From assembly GCA_903937035.1 (NCBI GenBank), contig CAIZXS010000016.1, forward strand, positions 1 to 62,308: a stretch of DNA of 62,308 nucleotides, read 5' to 3'. A model generated the notes under the pieces. It was given only the letters and a program-made list of their open reading frames with translations. It ran no database searches and had not been told where the DNA came from. Positions 36,522-45,201 of this stretch are shown here, in pieces. The stretch comes from an uncultured bacterium (GTDB taxonomy: Bacteria; Patescibacteriota; Minisyncoccia; Moranbacterales; UBA2206). The number at the start of each line of letters is the position of its first letter. Within the stretch, counting starts at the first letter, position 1. Made by a program: the position numbers and the translations under genes.

Positions 36522-37241
36522 ATGGACCTTCTCAATGCACTGATTGATCAATACAATTTCCCAATGCTTTCTGCTTTTGTTTTGGGTGTGATGACTTCAA
36601 TCAGTCCTTGTCCTTTGGCCACCAACATCACTGCTATTGCCTATATCTCCAAAGACATTAAAACTGCGAGGCGCACGCTCCTTAGCGGTTTGAGCTATAC
36701 ATCAGGAAGGGCTATCAGCTACACGCTTTTGGCAACACTGATTTATTTCGGACTTTCCTCATTTGAAATTGCCAAAGTTTTCCAAGGTTGGGGGGATAAA
36801 TTATTAGGCATAGTTTTGATTATTATTAGCATGGCAATGTTTGGCGTGATAAAAATTAATTTTGGCGGAGAGTGGAAGCGAGGAGAAAAGATCAAAGAGT
36901 GGCTAGCCAGCAAGGGATATTTAGGTGCCATACTCCTGGGAATGTTATTCGCACTCGCTTTTTGTCCATTTAGCGGGGTATTATTTTTTGGAGTTTTAAT
37001 TCCACTAGTGCTTAACTCGACAGAAAGCTTGTTGTTGCCACCCCTATTTGCCATCGGTACTGGCTTGCCTGTAATTGCTTTCTCTTTTATCTTAGCGTTT
37101 AGTATTGGAAAAATGAGCAAGATATATGGCGTCGTAGGTAAACTTGAGAAAATATTGCGCTATACTGTGGCAACAGTTTTTTTATTGGCCGGAATTTATT
37201 ATCTGCAATTTTTAGTTAAATACTTAATCAACCTCACATAA
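36522..37241 (+). CDS. CcdA/DsbD-like thiol:disulfide transmembrane electron-transfer protein
   Basis: 6 TM helices with Cys-Pro in TM1 (SISPCPLA) and ALAFCPFSG. Confidence 0.65.
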   Translation: MDLLNALIDQYNFPMLSAFVLGVMTSISPCPLATNITAIAYISKDIKTARRTLLSGLSYTSGRAISYTLLATLIYFGLSSFEIAKVFQGWGDKLLGIVLIIISMAMFGVIKINFGGEWKRGEKIKEWLASKGYLGAILLGMLFALAFCPFSGVLFFGVLIPLVLNSTESLLLPPLFAIGTGLPVIAFSFILAFSIGKMSKIYGVVGKLEKILRYTVATVFLLAGIYYLQFLVKYLINLT

Positions 37242-37254
37242 TCAAAAAACGTCA

Positions 37255-38223
37255 ATGAACATTTTCTATCCCATCCAATTATTTTCCAATTGGTTCACGA
37301 GCACGATTTTGGAAATTGCGCCTGAAGAACACTTGGCGGAAGTGATTAACTTTTTCATCTTTGACACGATTAAAATTTTTCTTCTCCTTATTGTGATTAT
37401 CTTCACAGTTTCCATTATCAGGTCATTTCTTCCGCCAGAAAAGATTAGAACGATTCTGTCGCATGATAAAAAATATGTGGGAAATATTTTAGCGTCGCTT
37501 TTGGGGATCATTACGCCTTTTTGTTCTTGCTCGGCTGTGCCATTATTTCTGGGATTTGTGCAAGCTGGCGTTCCGCTGGGAACAACTTTTTCTTTCTTGG
37601 TCGCGTCACCCATGATCAACGAGGTAGCGCTTGTGCTTCTCTTTGGATTGTTCGGTTGGAAAATCGCCCTGCTATATATCATAAGCGGCCTTATTATTGC
37701 CATTTTTTCTGGAATTGTAATTGGCCACCTTAAAGTGGAGAATCTTGTCGAAGAATTTGCCTATAAAAATAAATTTAACGGCCAACTCCAGTTACCTAAA
37801 ATGACTTGGAAAGAAAGGAGAAAATATGCCAAAAATTATACTTGGGATATAATTAAAAAAGTTTGGCCATATATCATAATTGGCGTTGGAATCGGTGCGT
37901 GGATTCATGGCTATGTGCCAACGGATTTTCTCGCACAATATGCCGGAGCGGATAAATGGTATGCAGTGCCACTAGCGGTGCTGATCGGCATCCCTCTCTA
38001 TTCCAATGCGGCAGGTATCATTCCACTCGTTAGCGCGCTCACGGAAAAGGGCGTTGCCCTGGGAACAACACTAGCTTTTATGATGGCTGTAACGGCTCTA
38101 TCTCTGCCGGAATTTATGATTCTCAAAAAGGTAATGAAAATTAAATTGATCCTTATTTTTGCCAGTGTCGTCGGAGTAGGAATAATCTTTACTGGCTATT
38201 TATTCAATTGGATACTAAACTAG
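37255..38223 (+). CDS. Permease, DUF318/ArsP-like
   Basis: Polytopic. ITPFCSCSAVPLF vicinal-Cys motif. Confidence 0.7.
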   Translation: MNIFYPIQLFSNWFTSTILEIAPEEHLAEVINFFIFDTIKIFLLLIVIIFTVSIIRSFLPPEKIRTILSHDKKYVGNILASLLGIITPFCSCSAVPLFLGFVQAGVPLGTTFSFLVASPMINEVALVLLFGLFGWKIALLYIISGLIIAIFSGIVIGHLKVENLVEEFAYKNKFNGQLQLPKMTWKERRKYAKNYTWDIIKKVWPYIIIGVGIGAWIHGYVPTDFLAQYAGADKWYAVPLAVLIGIPLYSNAAGIIPLVSALTEKGVALGTTLAFMMAVTALSLPEFMILKKVMKIKLILIFASVVGVGIIFTGYLFNWILN

Positions 38224-38227
38224 TTTT

Positions 38228-39481
38228 ATGAATAAATTATTTAAAAAATTTGACGTCGCAGTAATCGGCGGGGGACCGGCGGGAATACTGGCGGCTGGAC
38301 AAGCAGCAGAACAAGGCGCGAAAGTGGTGCTTTTGGAAAAAAATTCTGCGCTGGGAAAGAAGCTTCTTCTTGCGGGCAATGGTCGCTGTAACATCACGCA
38401 AATCGATCATGATGCCAGAGGCTTTGTGGAAAAAATCGGAAAAAATGGCAAATTTTTATTTTCCGCTTTTTCTGTTTTTGGACCGAAGGAAGTGGTTGAG
38501 TTTTTTGAGGAAAAAAATTTGCCCACGAAAGTCGAAAAAAATGGTCGGGTTTTTCCAGTTTCGGACGATGCGATAGATGTGCTTTCGACGCTCACGAAAT
38601 ATCTCAAAGACAATGGAGTGGAAATAATCACAAATGCCCAGGTGTTTGGTTTTGAGTTTGCAGAAAACAAAATTAGTGGCGTGAAATTGAAAGATCAAAT
38701 AATCCTCGCGGATAAATTCATTCTTTGCACGGGAGGGAAAGCTTATCCGGCTACAGGCTCAACTGGTGATGGCTATGTTTGGGCAGAAGAACTGGGGCAC
38801 ACAATCGTAACTCCCATACCCGCGCTTGCGCCAGTCAAAATCAAAGAAGATTGGGTAGGTGATTTGCAGGGATTGAGCCTCGAGGCGGCAAACATCAGTC
38901 TTTGGCAAAACGAAAAAAAACAGGCTAGTTTTCAAGGTGAAATGCTTTTTACGCACTTTGGATTGAGTGGTCCTATGATTATTGATGCCAGCAAGACAAT
39001 CAATCTGCTTTTGCAAACTGGTTCTGTCACAATTGAGCTGGAACTTTTTCCTGAATTTACCGTTTCCGAATTGGACAAAAAACTGGTCTTGGCTTTCGAG
39101 GAAAATAATCGGAAAGATATTAAAAATTATTTCAGAGAACTTTTGTCGCGAAAAATGCTAGATTTAATTTTAAAGCTAACTGAGATTGATCCGGACAAGA
39201 AGTTAAACTTTCTCACCAAAAAAGAACGCTACAAAATCGTAGCACTTTTGAAATCTTTGAAATTTACCGTCTCGGAAGTGATGGGTTTTGAGCAAGCAAT
39301 GATTACCAGTGGGGGGGTGGCACTCAAGGAAATTGACCCCAAGACTATGCACTCCAAAATCATCGAAAACCTCTATTTTGCCGGAGAAATTCTGGACCTT
39401 GATGGCCCGACTGGTGGCTATAATCTGCAGATTTGTTGGAGTACGGGGTATGTTGCGGGGGAAAGCGCGGGGAGAAATTAA
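38228..39481 (+). CDS. FAD-dependent oxidoreductase, HI0933/YhiN (BaiN-like) family
   Basis: DVAVIGGGPAGILAA, GNGRCNIT, C-terminal GEILDLDGPTGGYNLQ. Confidence 0.85.
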   Translation: MNKLFKKFDVAVIGGGPAGILAAGQAAEQGAKVVLLEKNSALGKKLLLAGNGRCNITQIDHDARGFVEKIGKNGKFLFSAFSVFGPKEVVEFFEEKNLPTKVEKNGRVFPVSDDAIDVLSTLTKYLKDNGVEIITNAQVFGFEFAENKISGVKLKDQIILADKFILCTGGKAYPATGSTGDGYVWAEELGHTIVTPIPALAPVKIKEDWVGDLQGLSLEAANISLWQNEKKQASFQGEMLFTHFGLSGPMIIDASKTINLLLQTGSVTIELELFPEFTVSELDKKLVLAFEENNRKDIKNYFRELLSRKMLDLILKLTEIDPDKKLNFLTKKERYKIVALLKSLKFTVSEVMGFEQAMITSGGVALKEIDPKTMHSKIIENLYFAGEILDLDGPTGGYNLQICWSTGYVAGESAGRN

Positions 39482-39637
39482 TCCCTCTTCTCCCTCCGGG
39501 AGAGGATGTCACGAGCACGTGACAGGTGAGGGTTTTTGCCTACGCAGATAAAGCCAACAGTTAAATCAAGGCGTTGATGTTATGATTAGCACCCTCATCC
39601 GCCCTTCGGGCACCTTCTCCCGGAGGGAGAAGAGGGA
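39482..39637. repeat. Long GC-rich palindromic element between convergent genes
   Basis: TCCCTCTTCTCCCTCCGGGAG (39482-) pairs with CTCCCGGAGGGAGAAGAGGGA (-39637). Inner TGAGGGT/ACCCTCA. Sub-hairpins GTCACG-AGCA-CGTGAC and GCCC-TTC-GGGC. Confidence 0.7.
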
Positions 39638-39645
39638 CACTTACT

Positions 39646-40104
39646 TCATCTAAACCTCACTTTCTTATACTTCAAAAGAAAATAAAGCAAAAAATAAAAA
39701 ACTAAAGCAATCACAATTGAGACAATAAAAAATCCGACAAAAAATGGTGTGAGGATTTTGAGAAAAATTGTTTCGGTGAGAAAAAATTTCCAGCCTAAGC
39801 TATAAGTATTCCAAAAACTACTTGTAAGCGATTCTGGACTAACATGAAAAACTAAACCACCGAAAATAGCAGCCAAGGGCAAAACAATAAAAGTCGTCCA
39901 CATATTACTCGCCAAGACTCCAGCTGTCGCCGAAAGACGATTAAAGCGCAAAAAATAGGCAGTAAGAAGTGTCGTTCCAATGCCTTCGCCCGGCATAATG
40001 CCCCAAAACACTCCCAAAGCAAAACCCGCCGCGACTTTGTGCGGAGTGTCATCAATTAAAAAAAACTTCTTTATGTATTGTTTGGTTTTTGTAATGTAGC
40101 GCAT
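39646..40104 (-). CDS. DUF2062-family membrane protein
   Basis: DTPHKVAAGFALGVFWGIMP...LASNMWT. Confidence 0.7.
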   Translation of the reverse strand: MRYITKTKQYIKKFFLIDDTPHKVAAGFALGVFWGIMPGEGIGTTLLTAYFLRFNRLSATAGVLASNMWTTFIVLPLAAIFGGLVFHVSPESLTSSFWNTYSLGWKFFLTETIFLKILTPFFVGFFIVSIVIALVFYFLLYFLLKYKKVRFR

Positions 40105-40120
40105 AAAAATTTAAAAATAG

Positions 40121-40291
40121 TGTCATCCTGAGCGAAGTCTGTAATCAGACGCAGTCGACCGCGTGCCGCCTTAGCTTTAGCGGTGGAGCAAGGATCTACT
40201 TTCCAATATCCAAGTCGCTACTATTTTTTTTAAAGCCTACGATAATAGTAGGTAGATTCTTCGACTTCGCTCCGCTACGCTCAGAATGACA
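40121..40291. repeat. MITE-like palindromic element, copy b (right arm degenerate)
   Basis: The left arm (40121-40200) carries a 32-nt insert. The right arm is GTAGATTCTTCGACT...CTCAGAATGACA. Central TACGATAA. Confidence 0.75.
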
Positions 40292-40305
40292 ACAAGAAGA
40301 AATCA

Positions 40306-41430
40306 TTAACCCTTCTTCACCACTAAACCACTCGTCTTTTTATCTTCAATTTTGGCTTTTTCAATTTCCTTCTTGACCGGCGCTGGCAAAAGTTCAGTAA
40401 TATTTTTGAGCGCGGTTTTGTCGAGTTTTAAGACCTCCTGCCACCTTCCTAGAGGCTCTAGGATCGCTTGAATCTTTTCTTCGTCATATTTGTAGGTAAC
40501 GCGTAGACTCCTCGCTATAATGCCCTGACTGCCAAATACTCGTTCGACGCCTTCTTGTCCCATATACGCTACAATATCTCCTTGAATCTTCGCCAAGCGA
40601 TCTTTCGTGAGTGACATGGCTGATTTGAGATCAATATATTCGTCGATTAGTCCAGCAATCTCTTCTGTATCAATTTTTCTCGCTTCTTTGAATTTATGTC
40701 TCCACATTGGACAGATATTTTGATAGCCACACCAATCGCAAAGTGGTGAAATCGTTGGTTCGAATTTTCCCTCCTCAATCAGCTTAATCATCTCGAGAAA
40801 CACTGCCTCATTTTCTTTAAGTTGTTCTTCAGTGCGAGACGCTGAAAGTTTCATGCCGTGTTTCAAAAAATAGAGACTAACCTTTAATTTGCCCAAATTT
40901 TTTCGCTCCTCGGGATAATAGGAAAGAAAAGCGGCCAAATAGACTGAGAGCTGCATATCACCCTCGACACGATCTTGCGTGGGCATTTTTTTAGCTGTTT
41001 TATAATCAATAATCTCAAAACCATCTACTGTGCGATCGATGCGATCAATGATGCCAGAAATAATATGCTTATTTTCTTTCTCTCCAATCTCAATCTGAAA
41101 TCGTGATTCCAAATTCACAATATTAAAATCAGCCGGATTATTTTGCCTGAAATAATCCTGAATAATTTTCACACCCTGCACAAAAGCAGCGCGTTCTTCT
41201 TCAGGAGAATCAAAAACAGCTGGGTTCCAAGAATTGGAAAAAAACTCCATCGCTTGTTCTAGATTGGGGGAGAGGATGCCTGGGGTGTGGATGAATTTCA
41301 TTGTCGAATGCAAAATCGTCCCAAACACGGCTTCCTTGGATTTAGGTGTCTTGATTCGATCAATTTGCTGATACTTATACTTCAATGGACAGCTTTTATA
41401 GGTATCAAGGGCTGAATATGAAATACGCAT
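40306..41430 (-). CDS. PD-(D/E)XK nuclease (RecB/AddB/Cas4-like) with C-terminal Cys cluster
   Basis: ISYSALDTYKSCPLKYKY N-terminal Cys, IIDRIDR...EIIDYKT (D...E-x-K core), C-terminal CDWCGYQNIC. ATG at 41430 is preferred over the TTG at 41460. Confidence 0.8.
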   Translation of the reverse strand: MRISYSALDTYKSCPLKYKYQQIDRIKTPKSKEAVFGTILHSTMKFIHTPGILSPNLEQAMEFFSNSWNPAVFDSPEEERAAFVQGVKIIQDYFRQNNPADFNIVNLESRFQIEIGEKENKHIISGIIDRIDRTVDGFEIIDYKTAKKMPTQDRVEGDMQLSVYLAAFLSYYPEERKNLGKLKVSLYFLKHGMKLSASRTEEQLKENEAVFLEMIKLIEEGKFEPTISPLCDWCGYQNICPMWRHKFKEARKIDTEEIAGLIDEYIDLKSAMSLTKDRLAKIQGDIVAYMGQEGVERVFGSQGIIARSLRVTYKYDEEKIQAILEPLGRWQEVLKLDKTALKNITELLPAPVKKEIEKAKIEDKKTSGLVVKKG

Positions 41431-41545
41431 AAGGCTTATTCTTAGGCTATTTAGCCTCAATATTATAGCATAATTGCTAAAAATTTGACAGATTCACCAA
41501 AGAGGCTATACTTAAAGCATACTAAATTGGTATGCATTAAAGATT

Positions 41546-41929
41546 ATGCAATTCTCAACTAAGGCTGAATATGGTTTGCGGGCAATGGTTGCTTTGGCGC
41601 GTGCGTATCCGCAGCAAAAAAATATCACCGAAATATCAGAAGAAGAAAATATTTCTGCCAAATATCTGGAAACATTGATTGGAAAATTACGGAAAAATAA
41701 TTTGGTTAAAAGTCAGAAAGGCAAAAGTGGGGGATATACCCTCATCAAAAATCCTAAATTTATCTCAGCAGGAGAAATTATTGAAATTATGGAAGGCCCG
41801 ATTATTTCCAAGTGCGATGGAAGTAATTGTATGAAAGCAAAGATCTGTGCGTCCAGTCTCGTTTGGAACAAGCTCGCGTTTCAAATTAAAAAAACACTAT
41901 TTGCGATTAAATTAAATGAATTAATATAG
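41546..41929 (+). CDS. Rrf2-family transcriptional regulator (IscR-like)
   Basis: MQFSTKAEYGLRAMVALA wHTH. Three clustered Cys (CDGSNCMKAKIC). Lies upstream of iscS-iscU. Confidence 0.85.
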   Translation: MQFSTKAEYGLRAMVALARAYPQQKNITEISEEENISAKYLETLIGKLRKNNLVKSQKGKSGGYTLIKNPKFISAGEIIEIMEGPIISKCDGSNCMKAKICASSLVWNKLAFQIKKTLFAIKLNELI

Positions 41930-41962
41930 TGTAGGTACTTGCGCATTTGCCTAAAAAAACCA

Positions 41963-42140
41963 TGTCATCCTGAGCGAAGTCTGTACTCAGACGCAGTCGA
42001 AGGATCTACCAACCGTAACCCATAGCTTTCTATTCAATAGCAGGGCTTACGATAATGGAAAGTAGATCCTTGCTCCACCGCTAAAGCTAAGGCGGCACGC
42101 GGTCGACTGCGTCTGATTACAGACTTCGCTCAGGATGACA
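41963..42140. repeat. MITE-like palindromic element, copy c
   Basis: The left arm is TGTCATCCTGAGCGAAGTCTGTACTCAGACGCAGTCGAAGGATCTAC. The right arm (42061-42140) is the exact reverse complement of 40121-40200. Confidence 0.8.
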
Positions 42141-42165
42141 AATTTAATTCAAGCGTGTAAATCCT

Positions 42166-43404
42166 ATGAATAAACTTATGGCTAACAAAAAAATATATCT
42201 CGATTACGCAGCGACAACACCAGTGGACGCTGAAGTGCTACAAACGATGCTGCCATATTTTAGTGAAGAATTTGGCAATGCCTCATCTCTGCATTCTTTT
42301 GGAAGAACTGCGGCCGATGCTGTCTTTGCGGCTAGAGAAAGTGCGGCGCATTTTTTCAAATGCTCGGAAGAAGAAATCATCTTCACTAGTGGTGCGACTG
42401 AATCAAATAATCTCGCCATTAAAGGCGTGCTGCGCGCGTACAATAAAAATAAAAAAAACAAAGGAAAGATTCCGCATATCATTACAACTGTTTTTGAGCA
42501 CAGTTGCGTGCTAAAAACCTGCCAAAAACTAGAAAAAGAGGGTAGCACTGAAGTAACCTATCTTCCAGTTTATGCTGATGGGATCATTAAGGCATCTGAC
42601 GTGGAAAAATCCATCAAAGAGAATACATTACTCATATCTATTATGCATGTAAACAACGAAATCGGCACAGTACAACCAATCGCACAAATTGGAAAACTTT
42701 TGGCCCACCTTAACGAAAAGCGAGAAGAAAAAATAATTTTCCATACCGACGCAACGCAAGCTGTGGCCTATTTCGACACAAATGTCAAAAGATTAGGCGT
42801 TGATTTGCTTTCGATGTCGGCACATAAAATATATGGTCCCAAGGGTGCTGGAATGCTATATGTCAAAAAAGGCACTAAAATTACTCAAATTCAAGATGGT
42901 GGAGCGCAAGAATTTGCTCTGCGCGCCGGAACGCTCAACTCAACTGGCATCGTTGGCCTAGGTAAAGCTATTGAGGTACTAGAAAAAAGCAAGAAAAAAG
43001 AAGTCAAAAAAATCAAAGAACTGCGCGATTATTTGATTAAAAAAGTTTTGAAAGAAATTCCTGGTACTCGCTTAAACGGTTCACGCTCAAAAAGATCACC
43101 CAATAATGCCAATTTCAGCTTTTCTGATGTGGAAGGGGAGAGCCTTCTATTATATCTCGACGCTGATGGAATCGCTGCTTCTACTGGCTCAGCTTGCTCT
43201 TCGGGATCACTAAGTCCCTCTCATGTCCTACTTGCTCTTGGACTAAAGCCAGAGCAAGCTCACGGATCACTGCGAGTGAGTCTCGGAAAATATACGACAA
43301 AAAAGGAGCTGGTCATTTTTGTGACAAAACTAAAAAAAGTCCTTGAGAAGTTACGAAAAGTTTCAGGAGAAATATTGAAAGAATATTATTCGAAGAAAAA
43401 ATAA
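42166..43404 (+). CDS. iscS: Cysteine desulfurase (IscS/NifS type)
   Basis: YLDYAATTP, SAHKIYGPKG (PLP Lys), GSACSSG (active Cys). Confidence 0.9.
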   Translation: MNKLMANKKIYLDYAATTPVDAEVLQTMLPYFSEEFGNASSLHSFGRTAADAVFAARESAAHFFKCSEEEIIFTSGATESNNLAIKGVLRAYNKNKKNKGKIPHIITTVFEHSCVLKTCQKLEKEGSTEVTYLPVYADGIIKASDVEKSIKENTLLISIMHVNNEIGTVQPIAQIGKLLAHLNEKREEKIIFHTDATQAVAYFDTNVKRLGVDLLSMSAHKIYGPKGAGMLYVKKGTKITQIQDGGAQEFALRAGTLNSTGIVGLGKAIEVLEKSKKKEVKKIKELRDYLIKKVLKEIPGTRLNGSRSKRSPNNANFSFSDVEGESLLLYLDADGIAASTGSACSSGSLSPSHVLLALGLKPEQAHGSLRVSLGKYTTKKELVIFVTKLKKVLEKLRKVSGEILKEYYSKKK

Positions 43405-43446
43405 ACTTTAATTTTTTATCAACGCAAATATTTCGCGCTTAAATAT

Positions 43447-43830
43447 ATGAACTATTCTAAAGAGGTGATTAATCATTTCACATCTCCTCATAATCAGGGA
43501 GTAATTTCTGACCCGGATGGCGTTGGCATGGTTGGCAATCCGACCTGCGGAGACCTCATGAAAATCTACATCAAAGTCAAAAAAGATGCTAAAAGAGGGG
43601 AGATTATTTCTGCCATTAAATTTGAAACACTTGGTTGTGCCAGTGCGATTGCGACGTCTTCAATGATTACCGATCTTGCAAAAGGCAAAACTATTAAAGA
43701 GGCCAGCAAAATTACTCGCGATGATGTGGCAAAAGCCCTGAATGGCTTGCCACCAATTAAAATGCACTGTTCCAATCTAGCAAGTGAAGCCTTGCTCGCT
43801 GCAATCAAAAACTATAAAGAGCAAAAATAA
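43447..43830 (+). CDS. iscU: Fe-S cluster scaffold protein IscU/NifU-like
   Basis: GNPTCGD, LGCASAIA, MHCSNLA. Confidence 0.9.
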   Translation: MNYSKEVINHFTSPHNQGVISDPDGVGMVGNPTCGDLMKIYIKVKKDAKRGEIISAIKFETLGCASAIATSSMITDLAKGKTIKEASKITRDDVAKALNGLPPIKMHCSNLASEALLAAIKNYKEQK

Positions 43831-43837
43831 CAAAAAA

Positions 43838-44407
43838 ATGGAAAATAATAGTAGCTTACTCCAAAAAACTAAAGAACTCATGCTAGGAATCATTGCGCAA
43901 AATGGTTCTGACCCATGGTGTCTCACAAGTCATCTCCCTGAAGCCCAAAAGTGGGCACGCTTCCTCACTAAAAATCATCCAGAGGCAGATAGCGAAGTAG
44001 TCCTCTTTTCCGTGTGGCTACATGACAGTGGGCATTACCCAATTACTCCCGAAGACCATGCAATCAAAAGCGAAAAAATTGCCAAAGATTTCTTGGAAAA
44101 AGAAAAATTTGATCCAGCAAAATTAGCACTTGTTTTGCATTGCGTGAGAGCACATAGATGTAAAGATATTATGCCCAGAACCTTGGAAGCAAAAATTCTA
44201 GCTTGCGCTGATTCGGCGAGCCACATGACCGACCCATCGATGTATCCGAGTATGATCGCCGAAGGAAGAGCAGTAGCTGCACTTGAAAAATTAGAAAGAG
44301 ATTATCGAGACACCGAATCATTTCCAGAAGCTCAGAAAAAACTCAAAGACTTCTATGACGCCTGGAAAAAGATACTAACGGCCTATGTTGATTTAAATTT
44401 AGAATAA
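43838..44407 (+). CDS. HD-domain phosphohydrolase
   Basis: WLHDSGH (H...HD) and CVRAH. ATG at 43838 avoids overlap with iscU. Confidence 0.7.
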   Translation: MENNSSLLQKTKELMLGIIAQNGSDPWCLTSHLPEAQKWARFLTKNHPEADSEVVLFSVWLHDSGHYPITPEDHAIKSEKIAKDFLEKEKFDPAKLALVLHCVRAHRCKDIMPRTLEAKILACADSASHMTDPSMYPSMIAEGRAVAALEKLERDYRDTESFPEAQKKLKDFYDAWKKILTAYVDLNLE

Positions 44408-44424
44408 TTTATTTTTTACACATT

Positions 44425-44862
44425 ATGCCAAAGAAACAAACAACTACCGAAACTCGCTTCGTAAGAAACGAAGATGAACAAGCACTCCTAGCTTTGCTCA
44501 AGGAAATGACAGACAAGTCAATTAACTTTCAGATTGAAAATGTCATTGGAGACAAGAACTGTCATGCAATTGTTTTGGAAAACGAAAGTGGAAACGTTAT
44601 TGGTTTTGGCGCCTTAGTAGTTCACCTAGTTCCCGCTTTTGGTTATGTGGGAAGCATCGAAGATGTCGTCGTAGGGGAGACCTTTCGTGGACAAGGCCTA
44701 GGAGGAAAGCTGATGGATGAGCTCATTAGAATTGCCAAGGATCAAAAGGTCATTCACATTGATCTAACTAGTAGACCAGAAAGAGTCGCATCCCATAAAC
44801 TTTATTTGAAAAAAGGATTTTTTTTAAGAGACACCGGAGTATATCGATTGAACTTGGAATAG
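44425..44862 (+). CDS. GNAT-family N-acetyltransferase
   Basis: VVGETFRGQGLGGKLMDELI. Confidence 0.8.
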   Translation: MPKKQTTTETRFVRNEDEQALLALLKEMTDKSINFQIENVIGDKNCHAIVLENESGNVIGFGALVVHLVPAFGYVGSIEDVVVGETFRGQGLGGKLMDELIRIAKDQKVIHIDLTSRPERVASHKLYLKKGFFLRDTGVYRLNLE

Positions 44863-45015
44863 AGAATAGTTAGAAAAATAGAATAATAAAAAATTAAAAA
44901 CCACCATTCTAAAATTCGTTTTATACGAGAGGGAGGTGTGGTTTTTTGGTTGCTGGCGTCCCTTCGGGAAATATTGACCGTGTCGCACAATGTAACTTTT
45001 GCGACACTGCCTGTT

Positions 45016-45041
45016 CTAAGAAAGGCGCCTACTGTGGCGCT
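45016..45041 (-). terminator. Possible terminator for the 45202..46539 gene
   Basis: Minus strand: AGCGCC-ACAGTA-GGCGCC followed by TTTCTT. It lies 160 nt after the stop, so the call is weak. Confidence 0.3.
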
Positions 45042-45201
45042 AAACAAAAAATTGTAATTGAATCAATAGTCTGATATACGGGCACCTCTCTACTCTTTTA
45101 AATTGCTCCTAGCTCAATTTTGAAGCTCGTTTTTTTGAGGTTTTGCATATATCCACGTCCACTACCCACTCTTTCAATATTACAAAAAAATCAGAACCAA
45201 G

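Noticed and set aside
40306-41430. The PD-(D/E)XK/Cas4-like nuclease as evidence of a CRISPR-Cas or other defence locus
   Set aside because: There are no cas genes, arrays or other defence-type partners nearby. Stand-alone AddB/Cas4-like nucleases are common repair proteins.
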